This document shows, in pieces, positions 29,035-38,943 of a stretch of DNA of 64,000 nt. Made by a program: the position numbers and the translations under genes. The notes beneath the pieces were generated by a model. The model saw only the letters and a program-made list of their open reading frames with translations, ran no database searches and had not been told where the DNA came from. Numbering within the stretch: position 1 is the first letter of the stretch; the number at the start of each line of letters is the position of its first letter. Where the stretch lies: positions 1-64,000 of IMG/VR virus record IMGVR_UViG_3300012228_000001. One strand, written 5' to 3'. The stretch comes from a virus.

Positions 29035-30741
29035 TTAATACTCTCTCCACGTTGGATCGCGAAGATCGGGATCGTCGCTGTTGATGCCGCCGTTCGCGAA
29101 CGGTCTCGGGTTGACCGGGTTGGTATTGGCAAGCGTGCCCGCCGTCTTGGCCGCTTCGGCCTCTGCGTTTTGTTCAGTGCCGGTTGCAAGGCTTGGCCTG
29201 ATAAACGCTTCTGCCGGTTGTCCGCGAGTCAGTTCCAGCTCGGTCGTAAAATGGCCCTGCTCGGTGTTGTAGCTGTGATGCACGGCGACGACGTAAAAAT
29301 GATAGGGCGTCTGGAATCCTTGGTTCGTCACGCCCGGCAGTTCGATCTTGTGGCCGACGCGGATTGTCGGACTGCCATGAATTTTCACTCGGCCTGTATA
29401 ATAACGATCAAGCTGGCTGTACCAGCGCCACGCCGCGCCCGCCCAATCGTCGGCAATCTGGTAAATTGGCCCCGTCTTGTTCTGAATGTCCCTCGCCGTC
29501 GCGTCGACCTGCGTCATCGAAAGGGTCGAGTTGGGCGTTTCCATTGTGATCGCTTCGTTTTCAAGCGCCTCATGGAAGCTGCCGGTGAGCCGCGCCGTCT
29601 TCACTGAGTCGGTGATCTGGCTGTCGAGATACTTGCTTGTGATGAATAGCTGCCGCACGCCGCGATCTTTGATCGAGCTAAGATCGAGCCGCTTCGTCGA
29701 GTCTATAACCAGCCGCGTGATCGAAGTTGGCGAGTAAATCCACGGGATGACTGAAATGAAATTGTAATACTGCTCGTCGCCACGGGCGACATTGATGCCG
29801 ATAATGGCGTCGTCGGAAATAAAGTGGTGCCGCCGCGACGCATTGCCGCCGCTTACCGAAAACGAATACCAGTCCGACTCGTCAAACGGCACGCGCCGGT
29901 AATTGATCGCGAAGCCGCCGTCCGGCGTTGTGTCCGACCACAGCTCCCCAAAATACTCGAATTGATGGTCGAGCAGCAGATTTGCAAACGAGCCTTCGTA
30001 GCCGTCGAGCGAAAGATTTGGAATATACTTTTCGCCAAAGCCAAGGATCGGATCGTTGCCAACGAATTGCGCCTCGACACTCATGGTCGGGATCGGGTTC
30101 CACTGGAAAACTTCCTTGACTCGCGGGAAGAACTCGCCGATATAACCGAGCAGGATGTTTTTCAAGATTTCCGCAGACGGAAGATTGCTACGTCCTTGGT
30201 TGGGGAAATAATTCAAGAATGCCTGCTGGCGGTCGGCAAGTTCGGCCACGCCGTCTTTTGCGTTCGATCCGACCCCGGCGTAGAACCAAAAAAACGTGCG
30301 CCCAACGTAGAGCCAACGCGCCATATCTTGCCCGCTGATTTCAATGTAATGGCTGACATGGTTGTCGTTGATCGTCGTAGTCTTCGCCACGCGGGAAACA
30401 AGGCCGAGCATGACGTTTTCGAGCCGCCCGTTAGCCACGCCGTTGTCCAACTGAATCAGCATAATATCGTTCGGCTGGATTAAATCCGTGTACGACGGGC
30501 GAACCGCATCGATGAGATACATGGAAAAACTTCCCGGTGCCAAGTCGAGGCTTTTTCGGGTCTCGATGCTGAAAACATCGTTGGTAAGATCGATCCCGAT
30601 CTGCTGGACAAACCGTTCGTCGACAACCGCGACTTGGCCGGTGTCCAGGTAGATCGCGGCCATTTCTGCCGTAGCCCGGTCGCTCTTGAACAGCTTGAGC
30701 GGGAGCAGATAAATCCGGTGTTGTGGCGCGTAGCTTGTCAT
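29035..30741 (-). CDS. baseplate hub protein
   Basis: between tape measure and spike; G..KIHGSPTIRVG, FYV.AV.HSY....FTT.LELTRG. Confidence 0.7.
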   Translation of the reverse strand: MTSYAPQHRIYLLPLKLFKSDRATAEMAAIYLDTGQVAVVDERFVQQIGIDLTNDVFSIETRKSLDLAPGSFSMYLIDAVRPSYTDLIQPNDIMLIQLDNGVANGRLENVMLGLVSRVAKTTTINDNHVSHYIEISGQDMARWLYVGRTFFWFYAGVGSNAKDGVAELADRQQAFLNYFPNQGRSNLPSAEILKNILLGYIGEFFPRVKEVFQWNPIPTMSVEAQFVGNDPILGFGEKYIPNLSLDGYEGSFANLLLDHQFEYFGELWSDTTPDGGFAINYRRVPFDESDWYSFSVSGGNASRRHHFISDDAIIGINVARGDEQYYNFISVIPWIYSPTSITRLVIDSTKRLDLSSIKDRGVRQLFITSKYLDSQITDSVKTARLTGSFHEALENEAITMETPNSTLSMTQVDATARDIQNKTGPIYQIADDWAGAAWRWYSQLDRYYTGRVKIHGSPTIRVGHKIELPGVTNQGFQTPYHFYVVAVHHSYNTEQGHFTTELELTRGQPAEAFIRPSLATGTEQNAEAEAAKTAGTLANTNPVNPRPFANGGINSDDPDLRDPTWREY

Positions 30742-33108
30742 TTAGTGATCCGGTCGCAACGGTTTTTGCTTGTTCATCGTCGGCCCGCCCGGTGCGGCGT
30801 TGGCCGGGCGTTGGCCCGCAAGGCGAGTGGCATCCGCGTCGTCCCGCGTCGCCGCCGTGTTGTTCGCAACCACTACGGCGAGTTCTCCCATACGCCTCGT
30901 AACTTCCGTCATGTACCAGTCTAGGTGAGGGGTCTCTTTACCCGCATTGCCGCTATAGATCGACGTGGCGCGGCGCACGTCGCCTTTCGCCATCCCCAAG
31001 TGTTCTTTGAAAAGTTGAGCGGCCACGTCCGCATTCTCTTCGATATTTCGTGGGTCTTTCATCTTAAAGGCTTGAGCATTCTTTGGCATGATTTGCCACG
31101 GCCCCATCGCCCCCTTCGAGCTATCCCTTGGATTTGTGCCGTATTCAGACTCCACACCAGCCATCGCTACGAACCGCAACGGATCAAGGCCGTAGCGATT
31201 AGCAGCGGCGAACCCCGCTTCCATTACCCGTTGTCGAGTATCTGCGCCATGTTGGCTGCTCCACCGATAAGCGCCGTATAGCGTCGCGCCCGCACCGATG
31301 GCGCCCAAGACCGGCAGGGCGGCGGACCCCGCAACGGCGGTTCCGGCTTTGGCCGCTACGCCCCCTAACGCGCCAAGCGTCGCGCCGACCCCGCCCTTGC
31401 CAAGAAAGAAGGCGATGGCGTGACTGGACAAGCCCATAAGGCTGCTGAGAATCGCCATCAAGGTCGGGCCGAGCATTTCTTTTATCTCGCTTTCGATTTT
31501 GACCAGTTTGTCGCCTATCCCGGTGATCTCTTTACCCGCAAACCCAATGTCGACCGTGCGCGGCCCATAGTCGGCTTGCCGCCGCGCCTCGTCTATCTGC
31601 GCCTGCAATCCCGTGCTCACGTCTTTGGGCAAATCCTTCGCATTAAGCTGCCACAAACCGGCCACGTCGCCGCCGACCGCCCCGTATTGGCCGAGGGGTT
31701 TTAGCATCTGCGGGAATTGTCCAGAAATATGCTGAAAAAAATTGTTAAGCTGCTCGTCGGTTGGCCGTTCGCCCGGCCTGATCCCGACGTTGCCGCCCAA
31801 ACGCTGCAAGGCTTCCGTGACGCCGCCCGCGTTGGTCATCATCTTGTTGATGCCAATCAGCGTCGGCATGTAGCCCTTGGAGATATCCAGGCCAAGGAGT
31901 GCGCCCTGACGCATCACGTCGCCGAAGCTTTTGCCTATTGGCGACATTGACTCCATGAGTCCACCCATGACCTGCGTTGCGATGGGAGCACCGCCAGCGG
32001 GCAAATTAAGCCCCCTCATTGACCCCATTAGAGCGTAGATGCCACCGAAATAGGATTGCTCGTTTAAGGGTCGCCCGCCGTACAACTTGGACAGCATTTC
32101 ATACTGCCCCTTCCAATCTTCAAACTGATAGCGCCGCTGCGCTGCGTTAAGGCCGGTAGCTGCCGACACACCACCGGCCATGTTGGCGAAGCGCTCGAAG
32201 TGCCCCGCGTCGTAGAATCCGCCGCCGCCGACGCCCTGCTCGGCAGCTTGCGCCATTCCCTGCCGCCCAAGGCCGAAGTGCATCCCAAGCCCGGCAAACC
32301 GTTGGGTCATGCCGATTTGCTGCGCGGTCGTGCCGGTCATCCCGGCAGCTCGAAGCGATCCGGCGATCCGGGCGGCGTCGATCTGATACACGCCATACGG
32401 CCCTGCGGCCTGCATGGCTATCTCGTTGAGATTTTCTGACCCGCGTCCGAGGAACGCCCGTATGTCCGCCGCCGCAATGCCAAACTCTTTTGCTCGATTG
32501 CGCGACTCATAGGCAATCGCCCCCGCGCTGGCGATACCAAGCAGGCTCGCGGCCCTGGCGAACCCTTGCACAAGGCGCGGCATCCATTTATCGAATGCGC
32601 GGTCTTGGGCGCTGTATAAACCCTCTTTCAAATCTTCCCGATAGCCCTCCATGCGCTGAATCTGGCGCTGGTAGCGTTCGATCACTTTAGGGTCGCCGCT
32701 CGCCGCGCCGCCAACAAGCGGATTGGTTGCCGCTTGGGCCGGAGTCGCCCCCCCACGAAGCATCGCGTTATAGTACATTTCCTTGCCGGGTGGCACGGTG
32801 ATCTTGTTGATCGCTTCAAGGTCAAGCTTGCGTTGCGCGATTAGCTTGTTGATCTCCTGTTCGCCAAGCTTCCAGCGGGAAAGATGAGTGAGAATTCTAT
32901 CGATCCGATCGGGACTGTATGCGGTTGGCCCTGCGGCGCCCGCTTCGGCAAGCGCGGCGGCAGCGGTGTTGGGAGCGCCACGCCCGGCAATCGGTTTGGC
33001 GCTTGCCTGCGCTCGCTCGTACCAGTCAGCGCCGACCTTGCCGACCTGCGAAATGGCGTCCGCGATCCCTTGGACTTCTACGCCTACTGTAACTCGTGCA
33101 TCAGCCAC
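30742..33108 (-). CDS. tape measure protein with C-terminal lytic transglycosylase (SLT) domain
   Basis: Ala/Gly-rich; AANRYGLDP...AMAGVES...SSKGAMGPWQIMP. Confidence 0.85.
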   Translation of the reverse strand: MADARVTVGVEVQGIADAISQVGKVGADWYERAQASAKPIAGRGAPNTAAAALAEAGAAGPTAYSPDRIDRILTHLSRWKLGEQEINKLIAQRKLDLEAINKITVPPGKEMYYNAMLRGGATPAQAATNPLVGGAASGDPKVIERYQRQIQRMEGYREDLKEGLYSAQDRAFDKWMPRLVQGFARAASLLGIASAGAIAYESRNRAKEFGIAAADIRAFLGRGSENLNEIAMQAAGPYGVYQIDAARIAGSLRAAGMTGTTAQQIGMTQRFAGLGMHFGLGRQGMAQAAEQGVGGGGFYDAGHFERFANMAGGVSAATGLNAAQRRYQFEDWKGQYEMLSKLYGGRPLNEQSYFGGIYALMGSMRGLNLPAGGAPIATQVMGGLMESMSPIGKSFGDVMRQGALLGLDISKGYMPTLIGINKMMTNAGGVTEALQRLGGNVGIRPGERPTDEQLNNFFQHISGQFPQMLKPLGQYGAVGGDVAGLWQLNAKDLPKDVSTGLQAQIDEARRQADYGPRTVDIGFAGKEITGIGDKLVKIESEIKEMLGPTLMAILSSLMGLSSHAIAFFLGKGGVGATLGALGGVAAKAGTAVAGSAALPVLGAIGAGATLYGAYRWSSQHGADTRQRVMEAGFAAANRYGLDPLRFVAMAGVESEYGTNPRDSSKGAMGPWQIMPKNAQAFKMKDPRNIEENADVAAQLFKEHLGMAKGDVRRATSIYSGNAGKETPHLDWYMTEVTRRMGELAVVVANNTAATRDDADATRLAGQRPANAAPGGPTMNKQKPLRPDH

Positions 33109-33199
33109 TTATGCCCTCAAAAAAATGTTTCACGAAATCCCTAAGTGTGCCATTTTTCTCTTTTAATTACTCTCTCGTAATGGTATTCACCGTAACACA

Positions 33200-33568
33200 A
33201 TGAAGACCAAACAGTGCGGACACGATCAAGCTGAAACTATCGTTGGATGCCGTGAATGTCACAATGCCTATGCGCGTGAATGGCGCAAGGCGCATCCACC
33301 ATCCTTGGAACAACGAAAGAAAAACAGTTGCACTTCGATGGCTCGCGTCTATCTGCAACGCGGCAAAATTAAACGCAAACCTTGCCGCCTGTGCAAATCT
33401 CCAAACGCGCAGATGCACCATCGCGACTATTCCAAGCCGCTCAAGGTCGAGTGGCTTTGCCGTGACTGTCACATGATCGTTAGACATAACCGAGTCAGCC
33501 CAAAAATTAGAGCGATTGCCGATAGAGTTATTGCCAACGCTAAGGCGCTTGAAGCAGCGCGAACTTAG
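33200..33568 (+). CDS. small HNH endonuclease, inverted in tail operon
   Basis: CREC, RGKI...PCRLC....QMHHRDYSKPL.V.WLCRDCH. Confidence 0.8.
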   Translation: MKTKQCGHDQAETIVGCRECHNAYAREWRKAHPPSLEQRKKNSCTSMARVYLQRGKIKRKPCRLCKSPNAQMHHRDYSKPLKVEWLCRDCHMIVRHNRVSPKIRAIADRVIANAKALEAART

Positions 33569-33627
33569 GTTGTATGAGCAGCGCGGTGAGCAGGCGCGTT
33601 GGCCCGCTGCGGGGGAACCCGCGCTAC

Positions 33628-34403
33628 CTATTCTTCGTTCTCAATATCGAAAGCTCTGCCGGAATAACTGCCATCCTCGTTGCGGACGAAGTAATCGGCC
33701 AAGCTGACTTTCTCGCCGCTATCTTTTTTGGCAAGTAAGTCGTCGATGGCCGGATCACCCGTAGGACCGGCCTTGAGTTCGCTATCCGAACAGAACGGAC
33801 AAATCTCGCGATATGTAAAAACATCGCAAGTAGCACAACGCCGAAGCGGCGCATCTTCCATCCATAGCTGCAACTCGCGTTCAAGCGCGATCTCGGTATC
33901 GGTGAGCGCCAGCAAGCGCGGGTCGTTCGGCGGCAGCGAGTATTTGTTTCTAAACCAAACAACGTCCGGCCCTTCCCTCAAGATTTCGACGTTGAGCCGT
34001 TGGAAGAGTTGTTTTTTTTTGCCTGTATCGCCTCGTTCAAGGCGCGGCCAACTTCTATAACCGCCCACTGATCTCGATAGGTCGACAGCGTTTCCTGATT
34101 GAACCAGCCCGGCACAGGCTCAATCGCCAACAGCTTGACGGCGGCGAACGCATACTCCTGCTCTTGCGGGATGGATAGCGCATCGGTCACGCTTCTGTAA
34201 CCAGCCGCGATCAACGAGTTGGATTGCGCCGCGCCGATCTTTAACTGATCGCCCAAGTTTGGATGCCGCAAGATAAACGTGCCCGCATAATCGTCGCCGA
34301 ATTCTATAAAGTCGAAACTCTCAAGAGAAGTCGGTTGCCCAATCGTGCCCGGCTTGACCATCGGGTACGTTCGTTTTTCTATCGAGATCGAAATAGGTTC
34401 CAT
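33628..34403 (-). CDS. tail assembly chaperone, -1 frameshift extended form
   Basis: GCA AAA AAA AAC at 34022-34011; -1 frame continues KQLFQRL...WFRNKYSLPPNDPRLL to TAG 33628. Confidence 0.8.
33978..34403 (-). CDS. tail assembly chaperone (short form)
   Basis: between tube and tape measure; ends just after slippery A9C. Confidence 0.75.
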   Translation of the reverse strand: MEPISISIEKRTYPMVKPGTIGQPTSLESFDFIEFGDDYAGTFILRHPNLGDQLKIGAAQSNSLIAAGYRSVTDALSIPQEQEYAFAAVKLLAIEPVPGWFNQETLSTYRDQWAVIEVGRALNEAIQAKKNNSSNGSTSKS

Positions 34404-34441
34404 TGCGCCGTTCTATTCAGATTTAGCGAATTGTGCAAGCC

Positions 34442-34894
34442 TTATTGCACGTCCATCTTTGCCGCCTGAATCGCCATGAAGGTCAATCCCTGCGTCAATA
34501 GCCGGTTCGCCGGAACGTTGATGTTCCGCGTGCCGCACACCGCGTCGATGTACGATTCGATCACCTTGCCCGTTTTGCGCGACACGATATCGATAGCAAT
34601 CGGCTCGTTCTGGACGATCTCTCGCGGGTCATAACCGGCGTCGATTTCTTCAAGCAATAGATTGTTGATCGTCACTTGGAAGCGCGTCGCACCGACGACA
34701 TATTCGAGCGCGTCGGCCTGACCAAGCCCGCGCACGTCTTGCAAGCCGAAATCGGCGCTTACCGCCACGTCCGAAACCGGGTCAATCGCTCCAGAGACGC
34801 CAGCGCCAAGAACTTTGTCTTGACCCTGCGGCGCGTTAAGACGTAAGAGGGCGCGGTTCCCTGTCAAGTGACGTTCCTTTATTACCGAGGGCAT
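34442..34894 (-). CDS. tail tube protein
   Basis: downstream of sheath; TGNR...DFG...V.GLG....EYV; SD AGGAG. Confidence 0.8.
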   Translation of the reverse strand: MPSVIKERHLTGNRALLRLNAPQGQDKVLGAGVSGAIDPVSDVAVSADFGLQDVRGLGQADALEYVVGATRFQVTINNLLLEEIDAGYDPREIVQNEPIAIDIVSRKTGKVIESYIDAVCGTRNINVPANRLLTQGLTFMAIQAAKMDVQ

Positions 34895-34978
34895 AGATGC
34901 TCCTATCTAAAGCAACACCTAACAAACACAAGTTAGCTGGTGTTGCTTTATCGTTTTAGGTATGTTAATAATAAAACC

Positions 34979-36103
34979 ATGAAAAACACGCTCGAACCAT
35001 TTGCAAAGAAAATCATTACTTCCTATCAACGCGGGCAATCTATGGCTGCGCTTGCGCAAAAGTATAAGGCTGCGGTGCCTAGTGTTTACGAACTGCTCAA
35101 GCGCCACGGTATAGAAACCCGCAATCCGAATGGCGCAATCCGCCAACAGCTTTTTGCTCACGCCGATGTGATTGTGAAACTTTATCGTGAGGGGGTTAGT
35201 GGTTGGAAAATCGCTGAACAATTCGGCGTATCCTTCCCGACGATCTACAAACTCCTTCGGGAACGTGGAGAAACTATTAGGCATGATGACCAAGATGCGA
35301 CGAAAATACTTTTGGAGAACGAACAGAGAATCATCGAACTTTACAAGTCTGGCAAGTCCACGCGCCAAATTTCTCAAACAATCGGCGTTCACTATTCGCC
35401 AATCTGTAATCTTCTTGAACGGAACAAAGTTCCGCGCAGAGTGCGCCAACAGTTTCGTCGAGGGCACACGCTCAACGAATCCTGCTTTGACGAGATTACC
35501 GAAGCGTCCGCTTACTGGATTGGATTTCTTTTTGCCGATGGTCATGTCGGCACCGTCGAGGGTTATAAAATGTCGCCACGCATCGCTCTTGAACTGAAGA
35601 ATGCCGACATTGAGCATGTAGAAGCATTCAAGAAGTTTTTGGGAGCAAGCCATAAGACCCTTGTACGCAAACGTGAATACGGCATGGTCGCATCGATTAC
35701 CGTTAGTTCCAAAAAGATCGCGCAACGTCTCGCTGAGTTCGGTTTGCTTGGCGGCGACAAAAGAAACCAGACGATCAAGCAACTTGAAAATAATCGCCAC
35801 TTTTGGCGCGGCGTCGTTGACGGCGATGGGAGTCTCGGATTCGATGGAGACAATTTCAGGATCAATCTTTGCGGTCATCGGCCACTGTTGACGCAGTTTC
35901 AAACCTATGCGCGAGCGCATGTACCGGCAAAGGGCAAAAAGCCTCTCGCCAATCTGCAACGAGACGGAAGCATTTGGAAAATTGCACTCGGAAATTCTCG
36001 CGCTGAACATCTTTCTCGCCTTCTCTATTCTGACTGCTCTCTCGCACTACCGCGTAAGCTTCGCATCGCCGAGCGAATTATTGCCCCAATGGAATCTCTA
36101 TAG
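34979..36103 (+). CDS. LAGLIDADG homing endonuclease with N-terminal HTH repeats, inverted in tail operon
   Basis: AYWIGFLFADG and HFWRGVVDGDGS; three HTH units. Confidence 0.9.
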   Translation: MKNTLEPFAKKIITSYQRGQSMAALAQKYKAAVPSVYELLKRHGIETRNPNGAIRQQLFAHADVIVKLYREGVSGWKIAEQFGVSFPTIYKLLRERGETIRHDDQDATKILLENEQRIIELYKSGKSTRQISQTIGVHYSPICNLLERNKVPRRVRQQFRRGHTLNESCFDEITEASAYWIGFLFADGHVGTVEGYKMSPRIALELKNADIEHVEAFKKFLGASHKTLVRKREYGMVASITVSSKKIAQRLAEFGLLGGDKRNQTIKQLENNRHFWRGVVDGDGSLGFDGDNFRINLCGHRPLLTQFQTYARAHVPAKGKKPLANLQRDGSIWKIALGNSRAEHLSRLLYSDCSLALPRKLRIAERIIAPMESL

Positions 36104-37862
36104 TTTGCTCTATTACTGTGGCCTTTAATGAGGCTATGGGAACAATAAAACGAATCGGCTGGATCGGCTCGAAGCTGTAGTAGACTTTCAGCACGGTCGA
36201 TTCGAACGTTGCGCTGATCGCGTTGCGGTCGTAATTCGCGATCCGCAAACTTGAACTGGCAAGCATTGCCCGACTCAATCTGCGGTCCACGGCGCTGATA
36301 ACGCGCCCGATCATAACTTCGGTCGCTTCGCTGCCGAGATAGTTTTCCAGCTCGTAAATAATGTCTTGGTTCATCCCGTCCGCTGCGCGGCGAACCGAAA
36401 TTATCCGGTTGTAGAGATTGTCGTCGGCAGTGTACGTCGAGAGGCCGTCCGCGATCACGAAGCCCGGTCGATTCGGATTGAGTCGGCGGAACGGCGGCGA
36501 TACGCCAGCGGCGAGCAGGTCTTCGGCTTCCTCGATAGACAGTTCGGCTTCGATCACGCTCGTTTGCAGGTCTTTGTTGTTGAGCGGCACGGATGGCGCA
36601 ACGCCCGCTGCTATTCCTGCATATTTAGCTACAGACAAATAGCTCGCAAGGTCGTCGGTGCCGACGCCGGAAAAAAGAACCGCTGGCGAACCGAGCGCCG
36701 TGGCGCGGGCTTGCAGATTGCTGATGTTGGTCGCCCGCGTGTTCGTGACTTGCCAGCCGGTTTGCAGCGAGTAGCCGCAAAAGCCGATCCGCTTGTTCAC
36801 TTCGCAGTGATCGGCGAGCGCGACTTGCACGGTCTGTAACGGGGTGGCAACCATGACGAGATTGACGTTGGTCCCGCCAAGCTGATCGAGGCAATCGGTC
36901 CAGTCGGCGAGCGTCGGCGCGGAAACGGCAGCACCGCCAGTAAACGGCGCGGCGGCAAGATCGGCCAACGTTTCAGTGCCGCCTTCGATAAAGACTGCGG
37001 TCACTAGGCCGGACGTGGCGTTGATAAGGGCAACCAGGGCTTGCAAGGCACCGGCCCCGGTGCCGTAGGTGAAGGTTTCTTCGGTATCACCGAGGATCAC
37101 TTTCAACGTTTTGGCCGTATCGTCGATGGTGCAGTCCATCGAGTTCTGGCCCGTGCCAAGCCCCTTGGTCGTTAGCGTGATAACATCGAGCGCAGTGGCC
37201 GGTGTCTCGTCTTTCAGGGTGATGCTCGCGGGAGTCGCGCCCGTGATACCGTCCGTTCCACCAGTGAAAGCCGTAGCAGTGATTGTGTCGAGCGTGTCGT
37301 CGCCTGCGGCTATCAGCGCCGCGACCACCAGTGCGCTCGTGTCGTTGATCTTGGCTACCAGCGCCGCCAGCGAATCGGCCCCGGTGCCATAGCTGAAAAT
37401 CTCGGTCACTTTCTCGGCACCCGTGCCGTAAGTGAGCGTCACTTCCTTTGCCACGTCGTCGACGACGACTTCGATCCCATTGAACGCCAGCCCGTAGCCG
37501 TGCGACGTGAGCGTGATAGCATCCGCCGAACTGCCGTCCTGCAAGATCGTGCTCGCCTTGGTGGCCGGATTCGCCGTGACGAGATAAAGATGGCTCGCGC
37601 CCGGCACTTGCCCGCTCGGATTGATGGCGAGTTTCGCTGCCGTCAAGATTTCCGACCCCGGAATAAACAAGCGGTTCAAGATGCCCGCGTTGGGTGTCAC
37701 ATGATGCAATTTCTTCGGCTCAAGCACGCCAGTACCAAGGCCGACAATTGCAAGGATGCCCGCGCCGCCTTCGAGCGTGCTTACCAAATCGGACGAGTCT
37801 ACGACGGGGTAAACTCCCGGCATAAGGTGAAATCGACCGTTTACCGTCACTCCGATTGTCAT
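36078..37862 (-). CDS. tail sheath protein
   Basis: PGVY..VD, FTGG repeats, ISVRR..D, P..PI.FI; SD AAGGAGG. Confidence 0.9.
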   Translation of the reverse strand: MTIGVTVNGRFHLMPGVYPVVDSSDLVSTLEGGAGILAIVGLGTGVLEPKKLHHVTPNAGILNRLFIPGSEILTAAKLAINPSGQVPGASHLYLVTANPATKASTILQDGSSADAITLTSHGYGLAFNGIEVVVDDVAKEVTLTYGTGAEKVTEIFSYGTGADSLAALVAKINDTSALVVAALIAAGDDTLDTITATAFTGGTDGITGATPASITLKDETPATALDVITLTTKGLGTGQNSMDCTIDDTAKTLKVILGDTEETFTYGTGAGALQALVALINATSGLVTAVFIEGGTETLADLAAAPFTGGAAVSAPTLADWTDCLDQLGGTNVNLVMVATPLQTVQVALADHCEVNKRIGFCGYSLQTGWQVTNTRATNISNLQARATALGSPAVLFSGVGTDDLASYLSVAKYAGIAAGVAPSVPLNNKDLQTSVIEAELSIEEAEDLLAAGVSPPFRRLNPNRPGFVIADGLSTYTADDNLYNRIISVRRAADGMNQDIIYELENYLGSEATEVMIGRVISAVDRRLSRAMLASSSLRIANYDRNAISATFESTVLKVYYSFEPIQPIRFIVPIASLKATVIEQTIEIPLGQ

Positions 37863-37878
37863 AAAAAATCCTCCTTAT

Positions 37879-38061
37879 CTACGCCGATGCCCTGAATTCT
37901 TCGAACAGTTTGTCCCACTCGCCCCGAAGCTTTGTCGCACCGGGTATTTGCTGCGCCATGATTCTCACAAACACGCGACGAGTCGGACGAAGTGAAACTT
38001 CTTTTTGCCGACGAAGCAGCCATTCTTGCGCCGTTAAAGCGAGTTCTTTTTTTTCGCTCAC
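37879..38061 (-). CDS. small protein upstream of sheath
   Basis: SD GGAG, GTGA overlap; conserved position. Confidence 0.6.
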   Translation of the reverse strand: MSEKKELALTAQEWLLRRQKEVSLRPTRRVFVRIMAQQIPGATKLRGEWDKLFEEFRASA

Positions 38062-38942
38062 GGTATCTCCACGGGTCGTGTCGGTATTACGCCGGTAAGC
38101 GTCGGATAGTTTTCAAGCGCCAGCGCTTCGATCATCGGCTGCGGCACGCCTTCGGAAATTCGCGTCGACAGGGTGAGCGAGCGCATGTAGAGCATTTCCG
38201 GGTAGAACTGCGGGCGCGGCTGAAAATCCGACCCGGACATTTGCATTTCGGTGAAGCCCTCGTCGTCGAGCACTTCCCAATTGAGCAGCAAAATCCACTT
38301 CACGACTTGCTGCAAAAAAATCACAATGTCGGCGTTATCGTGCAACACGTCCATCCGATAGTTCGAGAGCTGATGCACGCCAATCTCTTTCTCGATCTGC
38401 CATGCGGTAATATCGCTGCCGACCGGATACGCCGCCGCCGCCGTGCGCCGGATACCACGGGTAACGATATGAAGCTTTGCCGGTGCGGGCGGCGTAATCA
38501 CTGCCGGGATGACAGCGTTGTAAGCCAAAAATTCATTACCGATCTTGATGCGGCAAGCATCGGGAAGCGGCCCGTCGACTATCGTGTCGATTGACAAATC
38601 GAACGGCGGCTCTTGGAGCGCGGTGATCTCCGAAGCCGTTTTCGCCGTCACATCGAACTGCGTGTCGCGGATCGCAAGTTCATCGCCGATAAATCGCTGC
38701 TCTGTCTCGCTCGCGAGTAGGATGCTGATCTGCGGGATTTCCCAAGGCTCGCGGGCGAACGCCAGCCGCACCGCGACTTGATTCTTGAGTATGTAATTGA
38801 AAATCGCATCGCGGCTGGCTTGCTGATAACGCTGAATAAGCCGTTCCAGTAGCGACTGGTTCGCTTGCAGCGCCGCAAGCCCGCCCTGCAAGACGCTTTG
38901 CAGCACCATTTCGGCGGGAGTATGTCCGGCGTAAATGTCCAT
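38058..38942 (-). CDS. tail completion/terminator-like protein
   Basis: position; PQISILL..E.E..FIG, SG.D..P...P...Y.RSL. Confidence 0.65.
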   Translation of the reverse strand: MDIYAGHTPAEMVLQSVLQGGLAALQANQSLLERLIQRYQQASRDAIFNYILKNQVAVRLAFAREPWEIPQISILLASETEQRFIGDELAIRDTQFDVTAKTASEITALQEPPFDLSIDTIVDGPLPDACRIKIGNEFLAYNAVIPAVITPPAPAKLHIVTRGIRRTAAAAYPVGSDITAWQIEKEIGVHQLSNYRMDVLHDNADIVIFLQQVVKWILLLNWEVLDDEGFTEMQMSGSDFQPRPQFYPEMLYMRSLTLSTRISEGVPQPMIEALALENYPTLTGVIPTRPVEIP

Positions 38943-38943
38943 A

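Noticed and set aside
33571-33581. TGTATGAGCAG as third copy of the putative late motif
   Set aside because: One mismatch and wrong strand for the structural operon
18561-37862. Tailocin / eCIS / T6SS rather than phage
   Set aside because: Capsid, scaffold, protease and neck genes are contiguous with the tail genes
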